A stretch of 64,000 nt of DNA from Occultella glacieicola. Lineage in GTDB: Bacteria; Actinomycetota; Actinomycetes; Actinomycetales; Beutenbergiaceae. Shown one piece after another: positions 42,472-51,654 of this stretch (positions are counted from its first letter, which is position 1; the number at the start of each line of letters is the position of its first letter). A program made the position numbers and the translations under genes. The stretch lies in NCBI RefSeq assembly GCF_004353825.1, contig NZ_SMNA01000014.1, forward strand, positions 62,001-126,000, written 5' to 3'. A model generated the notes under the pieces. It did not search any database and was not told where the DNA came from. It was given only the letters and a program-made list of their open reading frames with translations.

Positions 42472-43593
42472 GTGTTCGACTCCTCCACAGCCCCGGCCGA
42501 CCCACTTGCCCCGCTGCGGGAGGCGGTCTCCGCGAGGCTTCGGACCACGGTCGACGACCTCGGCACCTCGTTCGAGGAGGTCGGCCCCGAGGTCGCGGAC
42601 CTCTTCGACGTCGCCGCCACCATGCTGCCGGGCGGGAAGCGGCTGCGGGCCTCGTTCGCCGCCACCGGCTGGCTCGCGCTCGGCGGCAGCCGGGCGGCCG
42701 GCGACCTCGCGGGTGCGCCGCAGATCGTGCTGGCCGGGACCGGCCTGGAACTGTTCCAGCTCGCCGCCCTCGTCCACGACGACCTGATCGACGGGTCGCT
42801 GACCCGCCGCGGGCAGCCGGCCGCGCACCGCCAGTTCGCGACGCTCCACCAGGACCGGGCCATGCTCGACCGGCCCGACCGTTTCGGCGCAGCCGGGGCC
42901 GTGCTGCTCGGGGACCTGCTGCTCGCCGCCGCCATGGGCGAACTGCAACGTGCCCTTGACCCGCTGCCGCCCGAAGCCCGAGAAGCGGGCCGGCGGATCG
43001 TCCAGCGCATGATGACCGAGGTCACCGTCGGGCAGTACCTCGACATCTACGCACAGTCCGCCCCGTGGAGCCCCGACCCGGCCCGGGACCTGGACCGGGC
43101 CCGCCGGGTGATCCGCTCCAAGTCGGCCCGCTACAGCGTCGAGCACCCGCTCATCCTTGGCGCCGCGATGGCCGGGGCCGACCGGTCCGCGCTCGCCGCG
43201 GCGAGCCGGATCGGGCTCCCGGTCGGCGAGGCGTTCCAGCTGCGCGACGACGTGCTCGGCGTGTTCGGGGACCCGGGCGTGACCGGCAAGCCGGCCGGGG
43301 ACGACCTGCGTGAGGGCAAGCGCACCGTGCTCGTGACCCTGGCCATGACCCGCGCGGACGCCGCCGGCGTGGACCTGCTGCGAGGCGCCCTGGGCAACGC
43401 CGACCTCGATACCGACACCGTGACCCGGGTGCGCGAGCTGCTCACCGCGACCGGGGCCCTGGCCAGCGTCGAGGAACTCATCGGTGAACGCACCCGCGCG
43501 GCGCTCGCAGCGATCGATGCCGCAGGCTACGCCGACGCCGCGGCGGACCTGCTCCGTGACCTCGCCCGCGCCGCCATCAGCCGGAGCTCCTGA
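42472..43593 (+). CDS. Polyprenyl diphosphate synthase (GGPP synthase, IdsA/CrtE-like)
   Basis: GGKRLR, FARM VHDDLID..RRG, GQYLD, KSARY, FQLRDDVLG and GDDLREGKRT. Confidence 0.93.
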   Translation: MFDSSTAPADPLAPLREAVSARLRTTVDDLGTSFEEVGPEVADLFDVAATMLPGGKRLRASFAATGWLALGGSRAAGDLAGAPQIVLAGTGLELFQLAALVHDDLIDGSLTRRGQPAAHRQFATLHQDRAMLDRPDRFGAAGAVLLGDLLLAAAMGELQRALDPLPPEAREAGRRIVQRMMTEVTVGQYLDIYAQSAPWSPDPARDLDRARRVIRSKSARYSVEHPLILGAAMAGADRSALAAASRIGLPVGEAFQLRDDVLGVFGDPGVTGKPAGDDLREGKRTVLVTLAMTRADAAGVDLLRGALGNADLDTDTVTRVRELLTATGALASVEELIGERTRAALAAIDAAGYADAAADLLRDLARAAISRSS

Positions 43594-43612
43594 CCCGCCT
43601 CTGAGGGCCGGC

Positions 43613-43996
43613 TCAGAACGCCAGCGTTTGGGCGACCCGGCGCACGGCGTGGGTCCGGGCCGCGCGCAGCGCGGCGATCGGTGTCTCGCCGAGCTCCTCG
43701 TCCTCGGCGTACAGCCAGCCGAGGGTCTCCTCGTCGTCGTACCCGGCATCGGCGAGCTGGATGATCGTGCCCCGCAGGCCCGGGATGACCACCGGGGGCT
43801 CCGGGATCGGGGAGTCGTCGCCGGGGAGCACCAGGAAGTCACGCGCAATGCTCAGCGCCTTGTTCTCGCCCCGGCGAACGGCCAGCAGCCGGCGCTCGGT
43901 CAGCATGCCCCGCACGGCGCGCAACTCGACCTCGAGGAGCTCGGCCGCCTCCGGAAGGCTCAGCCACTGGATGTTCTGGGGATCTGCGGTAGTCAC
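43613..43996 (-). CDS. Rv2175c-family DNA-binding protein
   Basis: WLSLPEAAELL HTH, GLRGTIIQLADAGY and TPIAALR..VRRVAQTLAF; conserved position between idsA and a PknL-type kinase. Confidence 0.88.
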   Translation of the reverse strand: MTTADPQNIQWLSLPEAAELLEVELRAVRGMLTERRLLAVRRGENKALSIARDFLVLPGDDSPIPEPPVVIPGLRGTIIQLADAGYDDEETLGWLYAEDEELGETPIAALRAARTHAVRRVAQTLAF

Positions 43997-44027
43997 CCGC
44001 CGAGCCTAGGGCGCGCCCGGGGTTGTC

Positions 44028-44107
44028 GTCACCACGCGGTCACGCTACTGTCACGTTTGGCACATATACCTCAATTGCCACATCAGTCACGGGCGACACG
44101 CCGTGAC
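44028..44107. promoter_or_regulatory. Phased GTCAC/GnCAC direct-repeat array in the divergent Rv2175c-like / LysM promoter region
   Basis: GTCAC at 44028, 44039 and 44050 (11-bp period); GnCAC at 44059, 44077, 44086 and 44095; inverted repeat GTCACGG-N8-CCGTGAC at 44086-44107. Confidence 0.6.
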
Positions 44108-44137
44108 GTCCGCACGAAACTCACGGGGGAACCCACC

Positions 44138-45478
44138 ATGGCTCGCACCGCACGGCCCAGACACGCCTCAGCCCGCTGGGGCTCGACCCTGACCACCGCC
44201 GGAGCACTCAGCGCCGTCGCCGCGATGGGACTCGCATCGTCGGTCGCGCCGGCCGCCGCACAGCCCCACAGCGAGGAGCAACCGCACCGCACCCCGGGCC
44301 ACGTACCCGCGAGCCTGCTCGGCAAGGCCGACGACCGGGCCGTCCGGGTCTCTCCGCAGAGCGCGGGCGCCGGGCTGTCCCCGACGCTGCGCTCCGTCGC
44401 GCCGGCTCCCCGGGCCGGTGGTGACGCCCTGTACACCGTCCGCGCCGGCGACACCGTCAGCCACCTCGCCCTCCGGTTCGACGTGACCGTCGCCGCCATC
44501 GTGGCAGCCAACGGGCTCGACTCGCGCGCCGTCATCCGCATCGGGCAGACCCTTACCATCCCGGGCAGCGGCTCTGCGGCACCCGCGGCCACGCCCGCGC
44601 GCTCCGCGCCCGCGGCGCAGCCCGGCGGCTCCTCCTACACGGTGGTCACCGGGGACACCGTCTCCCGGATCGCGGCCCGGCACGGCACCACGGTCGCCGC
44701 CGTCGTCTCCGCGAACGGCCTCGACTCCCGCGCCCTGATCCGGATCGGGCAGACCCTCACGATCCCGGGCGCCTCGGGCGGCGGCGCCTCGAGCACCCCG
44801 AGCACTCCGGCGGCGGCTTCCACCCCGGCCGCGCCGGCGCCGTCGGGCGGCTCCTCCTACACGGTCCGCACCGGCGACACCGTCTCCTCGATCGCGGCCC
44901 GGCACGGCACCACGGTCGCCGCCGTCGTCTCCGCGAACGGCCTCGACTCCCGCGCCCTGATCCGGGTCGGGCAGAGCCTGACCATCCCGGGCGAACTCGT
45001 GCCGAACACGTTCCTGCACTACACCTACTCCGACGATGTCCACGCCGCCGCCAACGCGAACGCGGCCACCCTGCTCGGCACGTCGGTGCCCAGCCGCGCC
45101 GCCATGCAGGACATGATCCGCGCCACCGCACTCTCGATGGGCGTGGACCCGGCGCTCGCGTTGGCCGTCGCCCAGCAGGAGTCCGGCTTCAACATGCGGG
45201 CCGTCTCCCCCGCGAACGCGGTCGGGGTCATGCAGGTCATCCCGTCCTCGGGTGAGTGGGCCTCGGACCTGGTCGGCCGGCAGCTGAACCTGCTCGACCC
45301 CCAGGACAACGTGACCGCGGGCGTGGCCATCCTGCGCGTCCTGATCCGCACGGCGCCGGACCTGCAGTCCGCGATCGGCGGCTACTACCAGGGCCTCGGT
45401 TCCGTGAACCGCAACGGCCTCTACGACGACACCCGACGTTACGTCGCGAACGTGCAGACCCTGATGGCGCGCTTCTGA
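44138..45478 (+). CDS. Secreted lytic transglycosylase (SLT domain) with three LysM domains
   Basis: Signal-like N-terminus; 3x YTVxxGDTVS..ANGL..IRIGQTLTIP; SLT motifs AQQESGF, AVGVMQV and GGYYQG. Confidence 0.92.
   Translation: MARTARPRHASARWGSTLTTAGALSAVAAMGLASSVAPAAAQPHSEEQPHRTPGHVPASLLGKADDRAVRVSPQSAGAGLSPTLRSVAPAPRAGGDALYTVRAGDTVSHLALRFDVTVAAIVAANGLDSRAVIRIGQTLTIPGSGSAAPAATPARSAPAAQPGGSSYTVVTGDTVSRIAARHGTTVAAVVSANGLDSRALIRIGQTLTIPGASGGGASSTPSTPAAASTPAAPAPSGGSSYTVRTGDTVSSIAARHGTTVAAVVSANGLDSRALIRVGQSLTIPGELVPNTFLHYTYSDDVHAAANANAATLLGTSVPSRAAMQDMIRATALSMGVDPALALAVAQQESGFNMRAVSPANAVGVMQVIPSSGEWASDLVGRQLNLLDPQDNVTAGVAILRVLIRTAPDLQSAIGGYYQGLGSVNRNGLYDDTRRYVANVQTLMARF
44624..44993 (+). repeat. 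Near-identical LysM2/LysM3 DNA duplication (44624-44771 and 44846-44993)
   Basis: Two copies of about 148 bp at a 222-bp offset, with an identical core of about 75 bp. Confidence 0.85.
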
Positions 45479-45560
45479 CCGGGGTCCGGGCCGTGTGAGC
45501 CTGGTGACACGCACGGCCCAACCCCGGGGAACGGCGGCCTCGCACCGTAAACTCACGGCC

Positions 45561-47492
45561 ATGGCCAGCACCCTCACCGACCCGATGATCGGCCGCCTGG
45601 TCGACGGTCGGTACGAGGTGTCCTCCCGGATCGCCCGGGGCGGGATGGCGACCGTCTACCTGGCCACCGACCGGCGCCTGGACCGGCAGGTGGCGCTGAA
45701 GATCATGCACCCGCACCTCGCGGAGGGTGCGGACGTCGCCGCGCGGTTCCGGCGGGAGGCCCGGGCGGCGGCCCGCCTGGCCCATCCCGGCATCGTCGGC
45801 GTCTACGACCAGGGCAGTGAGGGCGAGCTCAACTACCTCACCCTGGAGTACGTCGAGGGCCGCAACCTGCGCCGGGAGCTGCGGGCTCGCGGCGCCCTCA
45901 GCGTCGGGGACGCCCTCGACATCGTCGAGTCCGTCCTGGACGCTCTGGCGGCGGCGCACCGCGCCGGCCTGGTGCACCGGGACATGAAGCCCGAGAACGT
46001 GCTGATGGCCGCCGACGGGCGGGTGAAGGTGGCCGACTTCGGCCTCGCACGGGCGGTCACCGAGGCGACGGCGGCGAGCACCGGGAACCTGCTCGGCACG
46101 GTCGCCTACCTCTCCCCCGAGATCGTCACCTCGGGCGAGGCCGACGCCCGCGCCGACGTGTACGCCGTCGGGATCCTGCTGTACGAGATGCTCACCGGGC
46201 ACCCGCCGTTCGAGGGCGAGACGCCGATCCAGGTCGCGTACAAGCACGTTCACGAGTCCATCCCACCGGCGTCCGACGGCGTCCCGTGGCTCCCGCTCGA
46301 GATCGACGACCTGATCGCCACGATGACCGCCCGGGACGTGGCCGACCGGCCCGTCGACGCCGGCGGGGCGCTCGCGCTGGTGCGGCGGGTCCACGCCTCG
46401 CTCGACCCGGCCGCGCTGGCCGTGCGCGCCGACGTGGACGCCGACGAGGTCGGCGAGATCGTCGCCGACGCCCGGGCCGAGTCCGACGGCGGGAGCACCG
46501 TCTCGGTCAGCCGGCACACCGGCACGATCGCGCTGCCGATCGGGGCGGTCGCCGCAGACGACGACGCCGAGGCGGAGCGGCGCTCGACCCGTCGGCGCAA
46601 GCGCCGCCGGCGCCTGCGGGTGATCTCGATCATCCTCGTCGTGCTGCTCGCACTCGGCGGAGGCACGTGGTGGTACCTGCGGGTCGGACCCGGTGCGTAT
46701 ACCGCGATGCCGGACGTGACCGGAACCCCGGAGGCCGCCGCACTTGCCGAGCTCGAGGCGCAGGGTCTGCGCCCGGCGACGAGTTCGGAGCACCATGACG
46801 AGGTGCCTGCCGGGATGGTGATCACCACCGATCCCGGTCCCGGCGATGACGTGCTCCGCGACGGCGGCCAGGTGAGCGTGGTGGTCTCGCTCGGCATCGA
46901 GATGCTCACCGTCCCGGACCTCGCCGGCACGGCCGAGGACGACGCCGTCGCCACTCTGACGGCCGACGGCTTCGAGCTCGACCCCGAGGTGAGCAGGCCC
47001 TGGGACGCGCAGATCCCCGCAGGGACCGTGATCGGCACCGATCCCGCGGCCGGTGAGTCCATCGCCCACAACAGTCCGGTCACCGTGGTCGTCTCGGCCG
47101 GGCGGGAGCCGATCACGGTGCCGAACGTGGTCGGGGCGGACGAGGCGACGGCGCTCGAGCAACTCGCGAACGCCGGCGCCGAACCTCAGTTGGGCCCGGC
47201 CGCGTACAGCGACAGTGTCGGCGCCGGGGACGTGATCAGTCAGTCCCTCGAGGGCCCGGCGCTGCGCGGCGACCTGGTCGAGGTGATCGTCTCGCTCGGG
47301 CCGGAACTGTTCGAGGTGCCGAACGTGTTCGGGTCCCAGTACGCCGACGCCGAGGCCGAGCTCACCGCGCTCGGGTTCGAGGTGCGGCGCGAGAACGTGC
47401 TCGGTGGCGTCTTCGGCACCGTGCACAGCCAGTCGGTGCCCGCCGGCGAGATGCACCCGGCGGGCACGGTCATCGTGCTGACCGTGGTGTGA
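45561..47492 (+). CDS. PASTA-domain Ser/Thr protein kinase (PknL-position, Stk1 family)
   Basis: ARGGMATVY, VALK, HRDMKPEN, DFGLAR, YLSPE, a TM helix and about 4 PASTA repeats (MPDV/VPDL/VPNV/VPNV). Confidence 0.93.
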   Translation: MASTLTDPMIGRLVDGRYEVSSRIARGGMATVYLATDRRLDRQVALKIMHPHLAEGADVAARFRREARAAARLAHPGIVGVYDQGSEGELNYLTLEYVEGRNLRRELRARGALSVGDALDIVESVLDALAAAHRAGLVHRDMKPENVLMAADGRVKVADFGLARAVTEATAASTGNLLGTVAYLSPEIVTSGEADARADVYAVGILLYEMLTGHPPFEGETPIQVAYKHVHESIPPASDGVPWLPLEIDDLIATMTARDVADRPVDAGGALALVRRVHASLDPAALAVRADVDADEVGEIVADARAESDGGSTVSVSRHTGTIALPIGAVAADDDAEAERRSTRRRKRRRRLRVISIILVVLLALGGGTWWYLRVGPGAYTAMPDVTGTPEAAALAELEAQGLRPATSSEHHDEVPAGMVITTDPGPGDDVLRDGGQVSVVVSLGIEMLTVPDLAGTAEDDAVATLTADGFELDPEVSRPWDAQIPAGTVIGTDPAAGESIAHNSPVTVVVSAGREPITVPNVVGADEATALEQLANAGAEPQLGPAAYSDSVGAGDVISQSLEGPALRGDLVEVIVSLGPELFEVPNVFGSQYADAEAELTALGFEVRRENVLGGVFGTVHSQSVPAGEMHPAGTVIVLTVV

Positions 47493-48117
47493 TCTCGTCG
47501 CTGGCGTCGTCGGCCTGGTAGGCGTACCGCTCCTGCCGCCAGGCGTCCCCGTGGGCGTGGTAGCCGCGCTCCTCCCAGAAGCCCAGGTCCGTGGCCCCCG
47601 GTAACAGGTAGTTCCACCCGCGGACCCACTTCGGGCCCTTCCAGGTGTACAGGTGCGGGACCACCAGACGCAGCGGGGCTCCGCGCTCGGCGGTCAGTGC
47701 CTCCCCGTCGAGATGGGTGGCCAGGAGCGTACGGGGCGAGGCGAGGTCGTCCAGGCGCAGGTTCGCCGCGTAGCCGTACTCGGCGAAGACCAGGACCTCC
47801 CGGACCTGCGGGTCCGGTGGGGCGAGCTCGATCATCTCCGCGGCCCGGTAGCCCGACCAGCGCAGGTCCAGGGCGGACCACCTGGTGGCGCAGTGCATGT
47901 CCGCGAGTTCCTCGGTGAACTCGAGGCCGTGGATCGCGTCCATGTCGAACGCCTGCTCGGACCCGCTCGCGGTGGCGCCACCCACCGTGAACGTCCACCG
48001 GTCCGGGCGCAGCTGGGGTACCCGGCCGTAGTGCATGATCTCCGGCTCGGCGCGCCAGTGCTGACCGGGCGGCAGGGACCGTTCCAGCGGCGGATCGGGA
48101 TGGTGGGGGATGCTCAC
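47470..48117 (-). CDS. Molybdopterin-dependent oxidoreductase (sulfite-oxidase-like, YuiH type)
   Basis: LPPGQ, DMHCATRWS, GAPLRLVVPHLYTWKGPKW and GFWEERGYH..GDAW..ERY. Confidence 0.85.
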   Translation of the reverse strand: MSIPHHPDPPLERSLPPGQHWRAEPEIMHYGRVPQLRPDRWTFTVGGATASGSEQAFDMDAIHGLEFTEELADMHCATRWSALDLRWSGYRAAEMIELAPPDPQVREVLVFAEYGYAANLRLDDLASPRTLLATHLDGEALTAERGAPLRLVVPHLYTWKGPKWVRGWNYLLPGATDLGFWEERGYHAHGDAWRQERYAYQADDASDEITPRSAR

Positions 48118-48120
48118 CGC

Positions 48121-49473
48121 TCAGTGGCCCCGCAACATCTCCGCGACCAGGAACGCCATCTCGAGCGACTGCTGGTGGTTCAGACGGGGGTCCACCAACG
48201 TCTCGTACCGACGGGCCAGGGCGAGGTCGTCGATCTCCTCGCTGCCGCCGAGCACCTCCGTCACGTCCGACCCGGTCAGTTCCACGTGCAGTCCACCCGG
48301 CACGGTGCCCAGGCCGGCGTGTACCTCGAAGAAGCCGCGGACCTCATCGATCACGTCCGAGAAGCGCCGCGTCTTGTAGCCGTTGGCCGACGTGAACCCG
48401 TTGCCGTGCATCGGATCGCACACCCAGACCACCGGGCGACCGTCCTCCCGCACCCGTTCGACCAGGCCAGGAAGAAGGTCGCGGACCTTCCCCGCACCCA
48501 TCCGGGTGATGAACGTCAGGCGCCCGGCCTCGCCGTCGGGGTTCAGCTTGTCCATGAGCGCGAGGGCGTCGTCGCCCGTGCTCGTCGGGCCGAGCTTCAC
48601 GCCGAGCGGGTTACGCACCCGGGAGAAGTAGTCCACGTGCGCGCCGTCGAGCTGGCGCGTACGCTCCCCGATCCAGAGGAAGTGCGCGGAGCAGTCGTAC
48701 GGCAGCCCGGTGCGGGAGTCGATCCGGGTCAACGGGCGCTCGTAGTCCAGCAGCAGGCCCTCGTGGCTGGAGAAGAAGTCAACGGTGCGCAGTGCCTCGA
48801 AGTCCGCGCCGGCGGCGTGCATGAACCGGATCGCCCGATCGATCTCGGCGGCGAACGTGTCGTACTGGGCGTAGGCGCGGTTCGCCATGAAACCGCGGTT
48901 CCACTCGTGCACCCGGCGTAGGTCCGCGAACCCGCCCTGCGTGAACGCCCGGATCAGGTTCAGCGTGGTCGCGGAGTTGTGATAGGCGTCCAGCAGCCGC
49001 CTCGGGTCGGGGATCCGGGCGGACTCGGTGAACTCGAAGTCGTTGATGATGTCGCCGCGGTAGGCGGGCAGGGTGAGGCCGTCGCGGGTCTCGGTGTCGG
49101 AGCTGCGCGGCTTCGCGTACTGGCCCGCCATCCGGCCCATCTTGACGATCGGCAGCGAGGCGCCGTAGGTGAGGATCACCGCCATCTGCAGGATGGTCTT
49201 GATCTTGTCCCGGATGTTGTCCGCGGTGAGCTCGCTGAACGTCTCGGCGCAGTCGCCGCCCTGCAGCAGGAACGCCTCCCCCCGGGACGCGGCACCGAGC
49301 CGCTCGCGCAGGTTGTCCGCCTCCCCGGCGAAGACCAGCGGCGGCACCGCGGACAGCGTGGCTGTCACGTCGGCGAGGGCCTGCGCGTCCGGCCAGGTCG
49401 GCTGCTGCTTCGCGTCCAGGTCGCGGAAGGAGTCGAGGCCGGCGAGGACCGCGGGGTCAGGGAGAACGCTCAC
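48121..49473 (-). CDS. aroG: Class II 3-deoxy-7-phosphoheptulonate (DAHP) synthase
   Basis: QQPTWP, LQGGDCAE, GRMAGQYAKPRS, WIGERTRQ, CDPMHGN and DPRLN. Confidence 0.95.
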   Translation of the reverse strand: MSVLPDPAVLAGLDSFRDLDAKQQPTWPDAQALADVTATLSAVPPLVFAGEADNLRERLGAASRGEAFLLQGGDCAETFSELTADNIRDKIKTILQMAVILTYGASLPIVKMGRMAGQYAKPRSSDTETRDGLTLPAYRGDIINDFEFTESARIPDPRRLLDAYHNSATTLNLIRAFTQGGFADLRRVHEWNRGFMANRAYAQYDTFAAEIDRAIRFMHAAGADFEALRTVDFFSSHEGLLLDYERPLTRIDSRTGLPYDCSAHFLWIGERTRQLDGAHVDYFSRVRNPLGVKLGPTSTGDDALALMDKLNPDGEAGRLTFITRMGAGKVRDLLPGLVERVREDGRPVVWVCDPMHGNGFTSANGYKTRRFSDVIDEVRGFFEVHAGLGTVPGGLHVELTGSDVTEVLGGSEEIDDLALARRYETLVDPRLNHQQSLEMAFLVAEMLRGH

Positions 49474-49485
49474 GGCACCAAGGAT

Positions 49486-49538
49486 AGGGCCCGCGCCGAG
49501 GCGGACCGGACCGTCGTCCGGCCCTCGGCACGGGCCCT
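49486..49538 (-). terminator. Hairpin downstream of pfp
   Basis: AGGGCCCGCGCCGAGG / CCTCGGCACGGGCCCT outer arms with an inner CCGGAC/GTCCGG stem. Confidence 0.55.
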
Positions 49539-49555
49539 CGGGTGACGACGGGGAC

Positions 49556-50803
49556 TCAGTGTGTGCCGGGCTCGGCGACGCCGGTGGGCTCGGCGGTCTG
49601 GCCGATCTCCCCGAGCAGCTCACCGAACCATGGCGTGGCGGTGTCGAACGCCTTGCCGCCGGCGATCCGCGGGAACGCGATCACGGTCAGTTCGTCGTCG
49701 TTCTCCTCGTCGTGGCCGATCACCCCGGACTCGCCGGCGATCGCCTTCTCGACGGCCAGGTCCGTCATCAGTCGGATCAGGGCGAGGTCCTCGTCGTTCG
49801 CCTTGGCCGAGCGGGAGAAGTAGCCGCTCTTCTGGACCATGGTCTTCTCGGCGCCGATCAGAGCGGCGAACTGCTTCGCGAACCAGGCACCCGGGTTGAT
49901 CGTGTCCAGCTTGACGTGGCCGAACGGGTCGCGCTGGACCTCCTCGCCTGCCGCCTCCAGCTCGGCGATGATCTCGGGCACCCCGGCTCCCTCGGACAGG
50001 AAGATGTTGACGTTGCCGGTCTCGTCCATGATGCCGCGCAGCCGGGTGGCCTCGCCGGCCATGTCCAGCTTGAGCTCCGGCAGGAACACGGCGTGCACGT
50101 CCCAGCGCTCCTTGGCCAGGCCGAGCGCCGGGTTCCACTCCTGCTCCGACCACCAGGCCCGGTAGCGCTGCGCCGCGGCCGCGGTGAGCCACCCGCAGTG
50201 CCGGCCCATGACCTCGTGCACGATCAGCATCCGCGGGTTGGACCGGTGCTCGCCGATGATGTTCTGAGCGAAGATCGATGCCTGCTCGGCGGCGGTGTTC
50301 GCACCAAGGGACTGCCGGATCGGGATGATGTCGTTGTCGATGGTCTTGGGCAGCCCGACCACGGTCAGGTGGTAGCCGTTGTCCTCGAGGTAGGCGGCCA
50401 GGTCCGCGGCCGTGGTGTTCGTGTCGTCGCCCCCGATGGTGTGCAGGACGTCCACGCCGTCCTTGCGCAGCTGCTCGGCGGCGACCTGGAGCGGGTCCTG
50501 CCCCTCGCTGACCAGGCCGCGCTCGACGAGGTTCTTCGCATTCGTGAGCTTGACCCGGCTGTTCCCGATCGGCGACCCCCCGAAGTTGTCCAGGACGTCG
50601 ATCCGCGCGCGGGCCTCGGCGCCGACGACCACCGAGGTGCCGGTGAGCAGACCGTGGTAGCCGTACTGGTAGGCGATGATCTCGGCGTCCGGCAGGACCT
50701 CGGTGTAGCGGCGCACCAGGCCGGCCACGGCCGCCGACAGGCACGGGGCGAAACCGCCCGCGGTGAGCAGTGCGATCCGGCGGATCGGCTGGGCTTGCGA
50801 CAT
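49556..50803 (-). CDS. pfp: Pyrophosphate--fructose-6-phosphate 1-phosphotransferase
   Basis: LTAGGFAPCLS, GGSPIGNSR, PPi-type IGGDDT, PKTIDND, EVMGR and QKSGYFSRS; GAAAGG RBS. Confidence 0.93.
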   Translation of the reverse strand: MSQAQPIRRIALLTAGGFAPCLSAAVAGLVRRYTEVLPDAEIIAYQYGYHGLLTGTSVVVGAEARARIDVLDNFGGSPIGNSRVKLTNAKNLVERGLVSEGQDPLQVAAEQLRKDGVDVLHTIGGDDTNTTAADLAAYLEDNGYHLTVVGLPKTIDNDIIPIRQSLGANTAAEQASIFAQNIIGEHRSNPRMLIVHEVMGRHCGWLTAAAAQRYRAWWSEQEWNPALGLAKERWDVHAVFLPELKLDMAGEATRLRGIMDETGNVNIFLSEGAGVPEIIAELEAAGEEVQRDPFGHVKLDTINPGAWFAKQFAALIGAEKTMVQKSGYFSRSAKANDEDLALIRLMTDLAVEKAIAGESGVIGHDEENDDELTVIAFPRIAGGKAFDTATPWFGELLGEIGQTAEPTGVAEPGTH

Positions 50804-50989
50804 GGCTGTGCCTTTCAATCGGGCGGGGATGGTGGTGCTGTGGCTGAGCTGCCTGACCCGCCCATGCTAGCCAGGCCGTGGGTTGCCCCGGCCCACCGGG
50901 CGGGACGGCGCCGCGCGCGGAGGTCCGGTCACCGGGGCTGCGGACCGAGCACCGACCCGAACGGGCTCGAGGCACCCTAGAGTGAGGGC

Positions 50990-51538
50990 ATGAACGGTCC
51001 CACCTCGGGCGGCGGTGAGCAGCGTCCCGGAGACGGCCCGAGCGAGCCCAGCGACGCGGACGTCGAGGCGAGCTGGGCCGAGATCACGGCACGTCTGGGA
51101 CCGCTCGGCGAGGGCGTCACGGCCGAGGCCGACGAGTTCGAGCGGCTGAACCGCTCGGCTGATCCCGCCGACGGGCGCGACGACCTCGACGACGGTGACC
51201 GGGGCGATCCGCCCGGCGAGCCCGTCGATAACGATCCGGACACGATCGAGGCGACCTCCGCCGTCGGGCCGGGTCCCCGCGACTACGACGTCGACGACTC
51301 CGACGACGGCTTCGTCCCACCCGAGCCGGAACCGTTGGACGGTTCCGATCCCCTGGTCACCATGGCCTGGATCGGTGCGATCGGCGGACCGGTCGCCACG
51401 GTGCTCGCCCTCATCCTGTGGGCCGGTGCGCCGCAACTGTTCTACGTGGGTGCCCTGGTCTGCTCCCTGCTCGGCTGGGGAATCCTGCTGTGGCGGATGC
51501 CGAAGGATCCCTCGGACGACGATGGCGCCGTAGTCTGA
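50990..51538 (+). CDS. Conserved actinobacterial hypothetical membrane protein
   Basis: WAEITARL, GPRDY, FVPPEPEPL, two TM helices and DDDGAVV C-terminus. Confidence 0.8.
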   Translation: MNGPTSGGGEQRPGDGPSEPSDADVEASWAEITARLGPLGEGVTAEADEFERLNRSADPADGRDDLDDGDRGDPPGEPVDNDPDTIEATSAVGPGPRDYDVDDSDDGFVPPEPEPLDGSDPLVTMAWIGAIGGPVATVLALILWAGAPQLFYVGALVCSLLGWGILLWRMPKDPSDDDGAVV

Positions 51539-51654
51539 GCGCACCGGGATCTCTCCCCCGCGATCACTGCCGATCGTCGCGTCGATGCGCCGACGGGCCG
51601 CCGGGCGCACGTACGCTTGCGTTAGTTTCAACAACTGCCGAAGGAGCCAGACAC

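Noticed and set aside
43484..44137. N-terminal extension of the LysM ORF (664 aa)
   Set aside because: Overlaps idsA and the Rv2175c-like gene; ATG 44138 has an RBS and a signal-peptide-like start.
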